Shown: one piece after another, positions 12,463 to 33,276 of the stretch
Position numbering within the stretch: position 1 is the stretch's first letter
Layout of the letters: each line of letters begins with the position of its first letter
Origin: Phaeosaccion multiseriatum
Lineage: Eukaryota; Protista; Ochrophyta, other classes
Direction: 5' to 3'
NCBI GenBank assembly: GCA_965112735.1
Contig: OZ218950.1
Span: 3,410,001 to 3,474,000 of the forward strand
DNA length: 64,000 nucleotides
Translations under genes and position numbers: made by a program
The notes under the pieces: model-generated
Database searches by the model: none
Told to the model about the DNA's origin: nothing
What the model saw: only the letters and a program-made list of their open reading frames with translations

Positions 12463-13862
12463 ATGAAGGTCACTGCAGCAGTAGTAGTTCTGGGCGTATG
12501 CTGCCAAAGCATCAACGCTTTCATCCCTGTAGGGCTAGGACAGGGTGTTGTGCCAAGGCGGAGCGCCCTGAGGGCAAAGGGCTTTGGGAAGGAGCCCGAG
12601 CCGGAGAAGCCAAAGGAGAAAACCAAGGGCCAACTCGCGGTAAGACTAGAGGGGGAGTTAGCACCGGACATGGGGGGTCGCAGGATTCACGTGGCCGCCC
12701 TTTTTGGAGAGGGAAAGGAACACGGACTCACTCACCGCGAGGTCAGCCCACCCGGCGCACCTAGAACGAGTGGAGCACGCATTGACTCGACCTACATCAA
12801 GCGTATACTACTTTTTTTCTGTTCCCGGCCTTGGCTCCCTGTATTTGCCAGTACACGGCACTCCCTCACAACCTGCACGATCTTTTTCTCCCTCTCTTCC
12901 CTTGTGTCCTTGTTTGCTTTTTTGTTTTAATACAGGCTGAAGCTGGCGCAAAGGCTTACGACACTGAGGTTGCTAGTGGGACGCCCGAATATCTCATATT
13001 CGCAAGAGAGAAGGGAACTGAGGATGAGTACGTGCCAGCTGGTACAATGGCAGTACCCAGGAGTCAGAAGCTGCCTGCTGCTGTGTGGGAGCAGGAGGAG
13101 AGTCTTAAGAGGGGGGCCGTGAAGCTATGGGGCAACCTCAAAGGCAAGGAGCTCGAATACGGTGAGTCTCGACGAAAAGTCAAAGGGGCCGTGACTGAGC
13201 CAGAGGGGTAGGGCTTTCTTTACTCCCTTGTTTTGTCTGCCCCTTTGCCCTTCCGTGCAGTCGAAAGATTGCCCTTCCGTGTAGTCGAAAGCGAAAGCTG
13301 CGCTCCTCACACCGTCCCCCCTTCCTGATTCATACACGCATCCATACTCTCAACACACTGTTGCTTAAGATTTAAAATGTTGTGCCCCTCCCCCCTCCCA
13401 CCTCCCCCCTCCCCCCTTCCCCGCCTGGAATGCGAATACCCCCCCTTTCCTCAGGCTACACTCTCAAGGTGAGGAGCAGGGGGGAGAAGATAAGGGGGGG
13501 AAATAGAGGAGGGAGATGGGGGGAGGAAAGAGGAGGGAGGAGGGGAACGGAGGATGTGAGGAAATAAGGAGACGAGACGAGGCAACGAGCGAGGGCGAGA
13601 CAAAACACAGAAGGAATTTTGAAGTCCTCAATCATTGGGCAGGGCGAGGCCCATATTCCCATTCCTACACACACATATACTCCCCTCCTTTCCCTCTCGT
13701 TCTCACCTCACCTCCCCCCCCCCTCCCTTCTCCCAATAAAAACAGGTGTACCCCGATGACCCTATCCGCCCGCTTGTAGTTGAGGAGCCAACAAGTGATC
13801 CGATCAAACAGTTCTTTAACAGCATCATGGACCCGATAAATGCCAAGAAGGCCGACAAATAG
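12463..13862 (+). CDS. HHL1-like plastid protein (cyanobacterial-type short form); exons 12463-12639, 12936-13161, 13455-13468, 13746-13862
   Basis: Signal peptide plus NAF motif and AKGFG. The core AKAYD...GTPEYLIFAR...YVPAGTMAVPRS..L.AAVWEQEESLKRGAVKLW.NLK..ELEYGYTLK.YPDDPI matches my recollection of the HHL1-like family. Confidence 0.75.
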
Positions 13863-14119
13863 AAATAGCCAGAGCAGAGCAGAGCAGAGGAGTGCATGTG
13901 ATGGGATGGGAAGGGATGGTATGGGTGTGGGCTCAGTCGAGGCCGGTGACTGTGCTGTCTGTCAAGGGAGGGGTGATACGGAAGGGTGTTTATATAGTAC
14001 ATATAATAATAGTCATAGAATTAGGTGTTTCGAGCAATGCGAAATCTTCTGCTTTTATTTTTTTCTTGCTTTTGGTCACTGAGAGTCGAATACATGGAAA
14101 GCGATCAACAACTACGCCC

Positions 14120-22796
<8,677 letters not shown>

Positions 22797-23116
22797 GAGA
22801 AATATACTGCTGGGGGCTGCTGCTTATCCTGCCACTCCACTGTGTGTTTCGCGCCTGCTTCACTGGAAGCCCTGGCCTCCTTCGCCTCCTTCGCAAAGGC
22901 TATTGCTGCCGCCCACCCTTCTATGAATCCTTCCTCATCTCAAGTGTCGTTTGACCGGCCTGCTCTGAAGCCTTCTTGGTGTTCGTTGGCCTCTTGGTCT
23001 CTGGCTATTCTCGCTGACTAGACGCCTTCGCTGAAGTCATTAATGGCCCAAGCCTATGCAATTCCATTCCCCTCCATCATCCCTCCTCCTCCATCCACAA
23101 AAAACACTAAAGGACC

Positions 23117-23947
23117 ATGGGAAAAGAGGACGTCGCTGCTTCCGCAGGGAGGAAGGCAGGGGAAGCAGGAGAGGCCAAGAAGGGGCCCAAGGTGGGCCTT
23201 TCGGGCAAGAAGATTTGCTGCAGCTGCCCGGAGACCAAGCAGGTGCGGCAGAAGATCATCAGAGAAGAGGAAGAGAGCTCTGTAAAGGAACTGTCTGTCA
23301 AGGAAGGCTTGCTCGAAGCCGCTTGCTCTCCTCCTTACTTCCTCTTATTGTTTGCTCGGGGACGCCAGCAGCATGTATCTGTCGCCCTTTTGTTGCTGGT
23401 GTGAGTCAGTCATTGATGGAGGACGTGAGTCAGTCATTGGTGGAGGACTTTGCCCCGCACAGCATCTTGGCTCATGAGTAATGGCCCTTCAGGCCTCAAG
23501 AACGGGGCGAAGTAGGCTTCTTACTCTCCAATTTATCCCGTTGAGACCTCGCGTGTGTTTGCGTTTGTGAGTGTGTGATGGTGTTCCGCAAATCCCCCGT
23601 CCCCCCCTTTTCTCTCTCCCACCCCTGCACGCACCTTGGCCGATGATAGTACACAAAGTATACGCTCTGAAGCCCTCAAGAGGGGGCGATGTAGACTTTT
23701 TTACTCTCCAATTAGTCCTCTAGAGGCCTCGTGATACCTACTCTTACACCCTGGCTCCCTTTCCCCTTCCCCGCTTCCTTCCTTTTTCCCGTCTCCCTTT
23801 CTTTCCTCTGCCTTCCCCGTCCCTCCTGCTTCTGCTCTGTGTTGGTAGGCTCGAGACGAATGCGTGGTAATGAACGGGGAGGAGAGCTGCGCAGGGCTCA
23901 TTGAGGCTCATAAGGTCTGCCTGCGGGCGGAGGGCTTCGATGTGTGA
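23117..23947 (+). CDS. COX17: Cytochrome c oxidase copper chaperone COX17 (exons 23117-23242, 23849-23947)
   Basis: KKICCSCPETKQ|ARDECVVMNGEESCAGLIEAHKVCLRAEGFDV* contains the CCxC copper motif and the twin-CX9C-type cysteines. Confidence 0.95.
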
Positions 23948-24976
23948 TGCAAGGGCTTCAATGTATTGGTATAAGTCATCATGTACATGTGCAGTGAAAA
24001 TAACATTGTAAGGAGGAGAGAGGAAGAAGAGAAAAGGAGGATATACCGGGCTTGCCCGCCCCCTCACTCAGTGGCTGCAACGGTCAAAGGGTGAAGAGAG
24101 AGAGCAGCGCTGCGGCTCAAGCCATCCCATCTCGGCCCTGCCAGAGGCCCGTGACAGGGGCGAACAGAAAGGCAGCTGCCGTCGCCGACCCTACTATTGT
24201 AGCCGGGGGAGGGTGTACTGGGAGTGTGAGCCACGCCGCAGTCCTGGTACTGCTGGGTCTGCTGTGCCGGCAGGTGATGCGGACCCAACAGAGTGAAGAA
24301 GAGTGAACACTTGTGGCTGCTTTGGTGCCGAAGGCCTCTCGACGGGTACAAGTTCGACGGGGCGCGCAAATGTCTTGTTCGCGGCTCATTCGACAGGGAC
24401 AGGGGATGGAGAATGGGTGCCTTGATACCTTGATACCCCTCCCTGTCTCGCGTGTTGCGTCCGTGGCAGCTCGGCAGCTCTTCAGCGATTTTTGAGAGAC
24501 TTTTTTGTTCAGATGAGAAGGAACGCGTCGAGAGGTGTCCTGCAGAGCAACCGTCGGGTATCGACGAACCGCACCAACGGCGAGCGTCGCGAGCGCAGCT
24601 TTCTTGGTGACCATGCTGTGCATGTGTATATATGCACACAGTGTTCACTTTACGTGTGGTGGTCTTGGAAGGTGGGGGCACGTCTTTCACGGTGGAAGAG
24701 CATCAGAGCGTGCAGCGTTGGAAGGACGTGCGAGGTTGGGCGGGCAGAGAGCAGCAGCTTCTTTGATCAACGGACGACGAAGACAGGTCTCCAATGAGAA
24801 GGGCAGTTCCTTCATAAATAAGAAAAAAGAATTTTCATGCAACTCTTTCTTGCCTGACCCTTTCCCTGCCCGAAGGAGGAAGTGATATATCCTTCTCTCC
24901 CTCGTCCCCCCCACCCCAGGCGGTCGTTGTCATACCCGTTGTTCATTACAGTTACACAGAATTGTGTTACCAATAA

Positions 24977-27900
24977 CTACGCAAACATTCCTAGCCAGAA
25001 CTCTGGATTGGCCAGGTCGACCCCCCCCTCCCAGTCTCCGCTTCCTTCAGCCGTCGCCTCTTGTGCAGCACCAGCACCAACAGCACCACCAGCAGCACCA
25101 GCAGCACCAGCACCAGCACCAGCACCGCTTCCACCAACGCCATGGTGCTGCGGCTCCCCTGCTGCCGCCTTCACCATCTCCGCCTCCTCAGGCTCGGGCC
25201 GGCGGCTCTCAACCCCTCGATCATCACTTGCAGCAGGAGGAGGGCACTCTGGTGACTTTTGTTGACTTTTGTTTTTGTGCTTTCCTGAGGCGCTCGAGGC
25301 CAGCACTCCTCCCCTCTGTGCTACTCCCTTCACAGAGACTTCTCGAGGCATGCCTTCGAAGGCATGACTTCCCCCATCTCTATCATGCTGCTGCTGGTGC
25401 TGCTGCTGCTTCTGCTGCTTCTGCTGCTTCTGCTGCTGCTGGTGCTGCTTCTGCTGCTTCTGCTGCTGCTGCTTCTGCTGCTGCTGCTGCTGCTGCGGCT
25501 GCTTCTGCTTCTGCTTCTGCTGCTCGCTGTCCTGTCCATCCTGCTGCTGCTTCACTTGCAGCCTCTGCCGTTGCCACTCAATCAGCTCCTGATGCAGATC
25601 CCGCTGATCTTGTTCCTCCTCACGCCCCTCCTGCTGCCGCTCCTTCTCCCCTGCCGGCCTCCACCGCTCTGTTTTTCCTTGGCGCATCACCCCCTTATCC
25701 TCCTTTGCCCCCCCCCGCCCCTTTCTCTCCTCCCTCACCTCCGTATGCTCCTCCTCTTCCTTCTCCTTTCCCTTCTCCTCCCCCCCTTCCTCCTCGCCGT
25801 CGACCTTGTCTCTAACCTTTTGCCTCTTCCTCTTCAGTTGCTGCTGTCGTCTCCCCGTCTTCTCTCCCGTGGCCTTCTCCTCCTCCTCCTTCTCCTCTTC
25901 CTCCCCCGCTTCCTCCTCCACCTCCTCCCCCTCCTCTCCCTCCTCGTCCTTCCCCTCCTTCTCCTCCTTAAATTCGCTTCGCTTGCTACCCCTTTTTTGT
26001 TCGACAACTTTGTCAGCGTCTTCCTTCTCGTTCTCTTCCTCCTGTCTAGGACGCCCCTTAACCCCCCCTTTCTGTCGTGGCCTCTCTGTTTTCTCTTCCT
26101 GCCGCCTCCCGTCTCTTTTCGATCTATTTACCTGTTCCTCGCCCTCCGGAGGTTCTTTCATCTTCTCTTCCTTCTGCCGCTTGTTCTGATGTCGCATCTC
26201 CTCTCTCTCCTTGTTCTTGTTCTTGTTCTCGTTCTCCTCCTCTTCCTCCTCTCCCCTCCCCTCTCCTTCACGCCCTCTCTTCCTCCCCTCCCTCCTCTCC
26301 CTCTCACGGCTGCTAGGCGGCGGCAGAGAGTCCTCCCTCCTCCTTGTCTGACACGCGCTCGACATCGGTCTTTCATTCCTCTCGTCATGGTGATGGTCAT
26401 CCCAGCTCCTCCCACCCTCATACGACGCACGGTACTCACCACTGCTCCTCCAGTCCCACTTCTCTCTCCGGGACAGCAATGCAGGAGCCTCGAGGCCAGT
26501 ACCAGCACGAGCATCTACCCCACCCCTGCTGCTGCTTCTGCCCCCAAGACTGCTGTTGTATGACTGGCGCGCGGCTGGTGATCCCTCCCCTCCTACCCCT
26601 CGAAAAGAATTGCGTCCTACTTGCGTCGAAATGACCTTTATCAGGGCTTTCTTGTACTTATGATAAGTTGTCAGGCCTTTTCGCCTCTCCAGTGCAGCAA
26701 ACTCGGGGCTCTCCCACAGTCCCTCGACCGTCCTGCACGCTTGCTTCGCCAGGGCGATGAGCTTGGGGGGGTGTGTGGGGGGGTGGGTCAGGCGGAGAAG
26801 GCGCAAGAGAGAGAGAGGGAGGGAGAGGGAGGAGGCAAAAGAGAGAGAGGGAGGGAGAGGGAGAAGGCACAAGAGAGAGAGGGAGGAAGAGGGAGAAGGC
26901 GCAAAAGAGACACAGGGAGGAGGCGCAAAAGAGACAGAGGGAGGGACAAGAAGGCGCAAGAGAGAGAGAGAGAGGGAGGGAGAAGGCGGAAGAGAGAGAG
27001 AGGGAGGGAGAGTGAGAAAACGCAAAAGAGAGAGAGGGAGGGAGAGGGAGAAGGCACAAGGCGCGGTCAGGGCTAGGAGGAGAGGAGAATTTGGGAGCAG
27101 TGGTGATGGTGGATGGTGGACGTGGTGGTGATGGTGTTGATGATGGTGGTGATGTCATCACAGCACACAACATGAAAACCGAATACATGACGATTCTTTT
27201 GCACCACACTCAGCGTACATTACCTCCTTATGTTTGCTGTTGTAGGGCTCCAGATAGCTTCCGTCGAGCCTACTGGGGCGGAAGTAGAGAGACAAGATCC
27301 CAGCGTCGAGCAGCGCCTTCTCCAAGCGCAGGAACATGGTCTTTGCGGCGTGCATCCCCTCCTTGGGCAGCACGCAGAGAGTGGCGAAGATGCGGTCGAA
27401 GGCCTCTTGCTGGAGCCGCCTCGTGGTCTTGGTGAGCGGCTCCTTCGGGACTGGCGTCGTGGTTTTCCAGAATGCCTTCTCGCGCTCCACCAGGCTCTGT
27501 GTATGTGGGGGTGGTGGTGGGGGGGGGGGGCGTTTGTGGGGTAGCAAGGAGCACGGGGTTTTTTGTATGTGGTTCCGCCCCAGACAGGGGGGCAGCAGCA
27601 GCAGCAACAGGAGTGGTGGGAGAGAAGGAGGAGGAGGAGGAGGAGGAGGAGGAGGAGGAGGAGGAGGAGGAGGAGGAGGAGGAGGAGGAGGAGGAGGAGG
27701 AGGAGGAGGAGGAGGAGGAGGAGGAGGAGGAGGAGGAGGAGGAGGAGGAGGAGGAGGAGGAGGAGGAGGAGGAGGAGGAGGAGGAGGAGGAGGAGGAGGA
27801 GGAGGAGGAGGAGGAGGAGGAGGAGGAGGAGGAGGAGGAGGAGGAGGAGGAGGAGGAGGAGGAGGAGGAGGAGGAGGAGGAGGAGGAGGAGGAGGAGGAG

Positions 27901-28037
27901 GAGGAGGAGGAGGAGGAGGAGGAGGAGGAGCATGCGTTAGGTGGTCCTTCTTTCGAATCACCGCCGGAAAGATCCCCTACTGTCATATTATATATATATA
28001 TATATTATATATATATATATATTATATATTATATATA

Positions 28038-28079
<42 letters not shown>

Positions 28080-31000
28080 AGCGCCGCATCGCGACACATC
28101 CCTCGATCAGGCCGTTACTCCTCTGCAGCTGTATCACCCACTCTAGTGCTGCAGTATCTATACTCACCTCTATCATCTCCCGTCCGCGCAAACCGCCGAA
28201 CCTCCCAAGTTTCGCGCCCCCCTCCTCGTCCGTGGGAAAAGCTTTGCTGCTTCCCCCTCCTTCCTCTTTTCCTCCTCCTCCTTGCCCCCCTCCTGTTAGC
28301 TGAGGTACACTCCGTACGAAGTTCGCGCCCGGCACGATGACAGTCGAGGAGCCCCTCCCTACGGGGTTGGTATGACCGCCTGCCACTCCTGCCACTCCCG
28401 TCGCACCTGCCACACCTGCCGCCGCGCTGAAGAAGTGCGCGGGAGGAGCCATCGTCCTTGGCAAGGTCATTGAGCGGCGAGGAGACGGACTCCGAGAGGA
28501 GGAAGAGCGAGATGACACAGAGCAAGGGGAAAAGGCGGCTCGCGGCGAAGAAGAACAAGAAGAAGAGGGAGAAGGGGGGGATGAACGAGCCCAACCCTGC
28601 TGCTGCCGCTGCCGCTGCTGCTGCTGCTGTTGGTGCCGCTCCTGCTGTAGCTGGCGGTGCCGCAGCTGGTGGTGCCGCTGCTGCTGCTGGTGCTGTCGCT
28701 TCTCGTCCTCGCAGAGTGCTTCACTAGCTCTCGTGGGAGCCGCTCTGGCGACCGACGAAGAAGCCCCTGGAGACAGGGTGCCAGCAGTGTCCACGCTGCT
28801 GCTACTGCTTCTGGTAGTGGTGGCGACCGACGAAGAAGCCCCTGCAGACAGGGTGTCAGCAGTGTCCGCGCTGCTGCTACTGCTACTGGTAGTGGTGGCG
28901 ACCGACGAAGAAGCCCCTGGAGACAGGGTGTCAGCAGTGTCCACGCTGCTGCTACTACTACTGGTAGTGGTGGCGACCGACGAAGAATTCCCTGCAGACA
29001 GGGTGTCAGCAGCAGCAGCAGCGCGGACACTGCTACTGCTACTGGTCGTGGTGGTCGTGGTGGTCGTGTTGGTGGTACTGCTGGCTGGACTGGCGGGGCT
29101 CTGGCCAGTCTTGCGCTCAGCAAGGGCGGCGACGACCCTGGTGATGACGGACCCGAGAGCGCTTACAGAGGAAGAGAACGGAGAGTCGGGTTCGAAGCTG
29201 ATGTTTTGCGCCGCCACCTCAGCTCGCAGGCCCTCCACGGAGCCACAAGCGCCCCACAACAGCCTCGCCAGCTGTGATGAAAGGGAAGGGAAGTCAAGTA
29301 CCGCGCATAGTGCACAGCAGCAGGGTCGAGAAAGAATGAAGCAATGGAGGGAGTGAGTCCGTCAGTCGAGTGAGAGTCCATTCATTTCAAAGAGCGCTTA
29401 GCAAACGTGTGCCCTCGACACCCCTCTCTCGCGTCTCTCCCCTTCCCATCATCCCGCCTCTTCCGTCCGTCCGTTTACCTGGCGTCTGCGTGCACGGAAG
29501 GGCTCCAGTAGAGAAGGATCTGCGGGGCAGGGACGGAAGTACGTGAAGAGCAACTTCTTCCTAATGAAGAAGGATTTGAGACGCTGAAGGAGGCATCTTG
29601 CTGCGTTCTCTGGCCCGTCTGAAGGTCGAATATAAAGGGTTGCGAGGATGGCTCCAAACCTCTCGAGTTTGGCAGCCTTTATAGCCTTATTATCCAATGC
29701 CTGCGCTCTCCAATAGTTGGCCTCATCCGCCTTTATCGACTGCATATGCGCATGTACACCGCGTCAAAACAAGGACAGGGGGTTAAAGCCAAATTAGAAG
29801 AAAGTAGGTAAAAGTGCAAAAGCGGATGGAATAAAGCGAATGGCCCACGGGCCAAGGCACGAAACAAGCAGAGGGGCTGAGAGGCAACGACAAGGAAGGC
29901 CGCAAGGGAGAGAGGCTTGGCGACGACCGGAGCACTGCTCCTCAGTGCTCCTCTCACTCACAAGGCCCTGCTCCCCTCACTCACTCACTTGCTGCTCGGA
30001 GGGCGCCATGCAGAGCAACTGCATCCAAAGGAGCCCCTGCTCCTCAGCCTCTTGCACCCCCCCCCTCTTCCCCCTCTCGCCCCCAAGCCCGCCTATCTCC
30101 GGCTGCAAGTGCTCGGTGATGAAAGCCTTGGCAAGTCGTGCGTGTTTGTAAAAGTTCCAAAAGATTGGGGCCGCAGAGGTCCATTTCTCCAGCCCCTCAG
30201 AGTTATGGCACGCAAGAACCAGCAGTCGTGTGAGCTGTATGCCGTTCCGACCCATATGTACGAGGGGGTCGAGATAAGGCACCAGAGGGTAGGCCCAAGA
30301 TGGGCGAGGAAGAGCGCGCAACAACGAGGGAGGTTTCTCAGTGAAGAAATGAACAACACGCAGCGAGTCGAGGTGGGGGGGCGATACTGTCCCTCTGCCT
30401 CTGCCGAAGACAACAACACGCTTGATTTGATGTAAAGTAAGCAATCTCCCTCCGTTCCGGCTCACCTCTCTTGATCGTCTCTGGGACGCCAGCTCCAACC
30501 GCGAGGAACAGTCAGAGAACTGGAAGTAGGTAAAGAACAAGCGTTCCTCAACCAAGGCCACCTTGAGTCGGTGAAAGAGACGGTCTGCGGCGTGCGCGGC
30601 ACCGTCCGAACGGTGCACCCGCAGCGTCGCAGCGATACGACTGTAAGCGGCTTCCTTGGCGAGCTTGATTGCGCGCGTCTGAACGGACACGCCTTCAGGC
30701 ATTGGGATCGCCTCCCAATGACTGTCTTCTTGTGGCTTTATGAACTTTTAGCAAGGGGAGAGGGCGGGAGGGCGGGGTGGGGGGGGGGTTGATGCTAAAC
30801 GTGAGGCCCTTCTCACTACCAACACAACACTCCAGCCCTTACTTACTTCTTGCAGGAAGGGCTTTAAGAAGAACGCGGCCTCACTTTCATCGCCCTTCAT
30901 CTCGTCCTCGTCATTCGCTTTGATTTTATGTGTCTCCTTCCTTTCTGCCTCGTCCTGCTTCTGCCCCGGCTCCACCTGAGGCCGATTCATAGCCGCCACA

Positions 31001-31813
31001 TCCGCGGGTACTTCCCCCGCTTCCCGCACCTCCCCCCTTTCCCCTTCCTCACACACCCCCTTCTTATCCTGCAGCCCCCCCTGTTGTCGTTGCTGCTGCT
31101 GCTGCTGCTGCTGCTGTTGCTGTTTCTGCTCTTCCTCTTGAACACACCCTTCCTTCTTATCGCTCTCTCGCTCCGCGTCCTCCCCTGTGAACCCCCTCTC
31201 CTCAAAGTGGCGGAAAACGATGGGCTTCATTGCCTCTCTGTAAGCGTAGAAATCCCCCTCGCAATGCTTGAGTTGAAGCTTGAGCTCCTCTTGCAGTCCG
31301 TTGACGGGCTTGCACGCGTTCCACACCAGACGCACGAGCTCGCGATGGCGGCCAGGAAGAGGCTCCAAGCGGTGTGGATCGTCTCGGCTGGATCTAAAAT
31401 AGTCAAAGAGCATTCTGTGCTCCACCAAGGCGGAATACAGCCGCTCACACAACCGGGCCACAGCCAGCAGTGGTCCATCCGAGGGTAGAATCGTGAGGGC
31501 CCACTCGACTCTCCTGGCAGCGAGGGCCTCCTCACACTTCCTGGTAACAGTGGGTTTCCTCCTGGCAAGCACGAGCGAGAGGTCCCCCTTTACTTGTATT
31601 CGAATGTCATCTTTTGCTGGTGCTGTCATCTTGACTTCTCCCTCTTCCTCGTCCGACTCGTCCTCCTCCTCCCCCCCATCCCGCCTCGCCATCGCCAACT
31701 CCTCCCAATGGATAGTATTTTCACCTTCGCTGTAGTATCTCCGTAAACACACGATGTGTGTGTGTGTTGTGTGTATGTGTTGGATTGTTTTACCGAATCA
31801 TCATCATCATCAT
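24977..31813 (-). CDS. Large orphan protein (~1600 aa) with four copies of an unrecognised ~130-aa domain separated by low-complexity linkers; exons ~31738-30847, 30744-30466, 30234-29989, 29739-29479, 29271-28168, 27496-27224, 26761-24977 (start either 31813 via a mini-exon or ATG 31692)
   Basis: All six junctions between these exons are phase-0 GT-AG and keep frame. The four units share W...L.[VI].(P)[SK][DE]G......RL......YF.....LE.....[EQ]L..L...AC....GL. Confidence 0.7.
27627..27930. repeat. (GAG)n ~100-unit microsatellite, followed by an AT-only (TA)n tract at ~27984-28076; both intronic
   Basis: Runs seen directly. Confidence 0.95.
28746..29045 (-). repeat. Coding minisatellite: four 75-bp units (25-aa SSSSSSVDTADTLSPGASSSVATTT)
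   Basis: TGGCGACCGACGAAGAA recurs at 28746, 28821, 28896 and 28971. Confidence 0.9.
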
Positions 31814-32246
31814 TTGTGAAGAGGCAACCAACACGCACACTTTCAATTTCACACCAATTTTTTTTTCGCCGGTCGTTTTCTTTGGGTACCCTTGCGTGCA
31901 GTTTATTGAGCCCCACTCTCCTTTCTTTAATTTCCCTCTCTATTACTTATAATTCATATACGCTCTCTGCTCTTGAGCATGCGTTGCTTAGGTATAACAG
32001 ATTGTGCCTCCTCCTCCTCCTCCTCCTCCTCCTCCTCCTCCTCCTCCTCCTCCTCGTTGTCCTCCTCCTCGGTGTCCTCCTCCTGCTTTGTTTGCTAACT
32101 AAAATATATACCCAATGCGCAGAATTTTTCTGCCTCACCCCCCCCCCCTTTCCCTCTCCTTCCCCCAAGAAAGCAGCAGCCCCAAGCTCGCCCCCGCCCC
32201 TCCCTCCCCTCCCCTCCCCGCCCCTCCACTACCGCGCCTCTCTTGC

Positions 32247-33245
32247 CTACCCGTCGTCGTCTTCGTCCTTGCACTTGGCGAGGTCCTCCGGCAAGGGAAG
32301 CTTCCGTAGCTTGTCCCTGAAATCCTGTGCAGAGCTTTCACTCACCGCACTCTGCAGAAGGGGGGGGGGGAGGGAGTGGACGGAGAAGGGGGTACAGCGT
32401 GTCAATGCTTCCGCCAGGTCCTCACTACGCAACGCAGGGCTTAGCAAGGCAACAGCAAGGAGCATGAATGAGAAGGGAGGCCTGGGGCGGGGGAGGGAAG
32501 GTATGAGGCACATGGTATCTCTGCCCTCGAACCATTCCCCGTCGTCACTACTGTCACTGACCTGTACACCCACAAAGTTGACGACTTTTCCCGTCTCGTC
32601 CAGCAGAGGGGCCACAAAGAACTGATTCCAAAAGGGTACGCCATCGGCCTGACAGGAGAGGAGAGGGGAGCCGCATACCGAGTGAGGTGGGTGGATGCGT
32701 GGGTGGGTGTATGTGTGTGTGGGGGGGGGTAAGTTGGTCAAATGCATACTACTTGTTTCGCTCCAACCTCTTTGGGACACGAGAGACTTCAAAGGACGGG
32801 GAGAAGGAGGGGGGAGAAGGAGGGGGCGATGGCGCACCCCGCCGCGCTACACGCAGGCGAAGCTCCATCTCCACCCTCCACTCTCCACTCTCCACCCTGT
32901 TCCTCTAACCTTGTAGTTGAGGAGGCAGACAGACGTGTCCCTGGCATCGGCCACTCCCTGGCGGATAATGTCCACAGCTCGCTGATCCGTCCCGGGGCCC
33001 TGCAAGACAGCAAGGAAAGACAAGGGAGAGAGAGAAAGAGAGAGTTCAAAGCCGGGGAAGGATGGAAAGAAGAATTACGGGAGGGATGGAAAGAAAGAAC
33101 TACGTTCCGCATGCATTCCTTCTCGCACCCACTTCTGCCGAGCGCCAGCCCAATCCCTCCCTCCTGTTCTGTACTCCTCCAGTGCTACTCGCCCTCTCTT
33201 CTGTCTCTCCCTCCCTCTCCGCGCTCCTCGGCCCCTTGCTCCCCC

Positions 33246-33276
<31 letters not shown>

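Noticed and set aside
24064-24690. Minus-strand ORFs of 168-208 aa between COX17 and the repeat gene
   Set aside because: No recognisable motifs or convincing splice context; possibly UTR.
25364-26563. 399-aa poly-Leu ORF resembling a membrane protein
   Set aside because: It is the antisense reading of the E/K/Q-rich last exon of the repeat-domain gene.
27220-28146. Poly-E, poly-G, poly-R, poly-S and poly-L ORFs
   Set aside because: These are translations of the intronic (GAG)n microsatellite. The same applies to the ORFs over the (GA)n, (CAA)n, (TGAA)n and (GGGA)n tracts.
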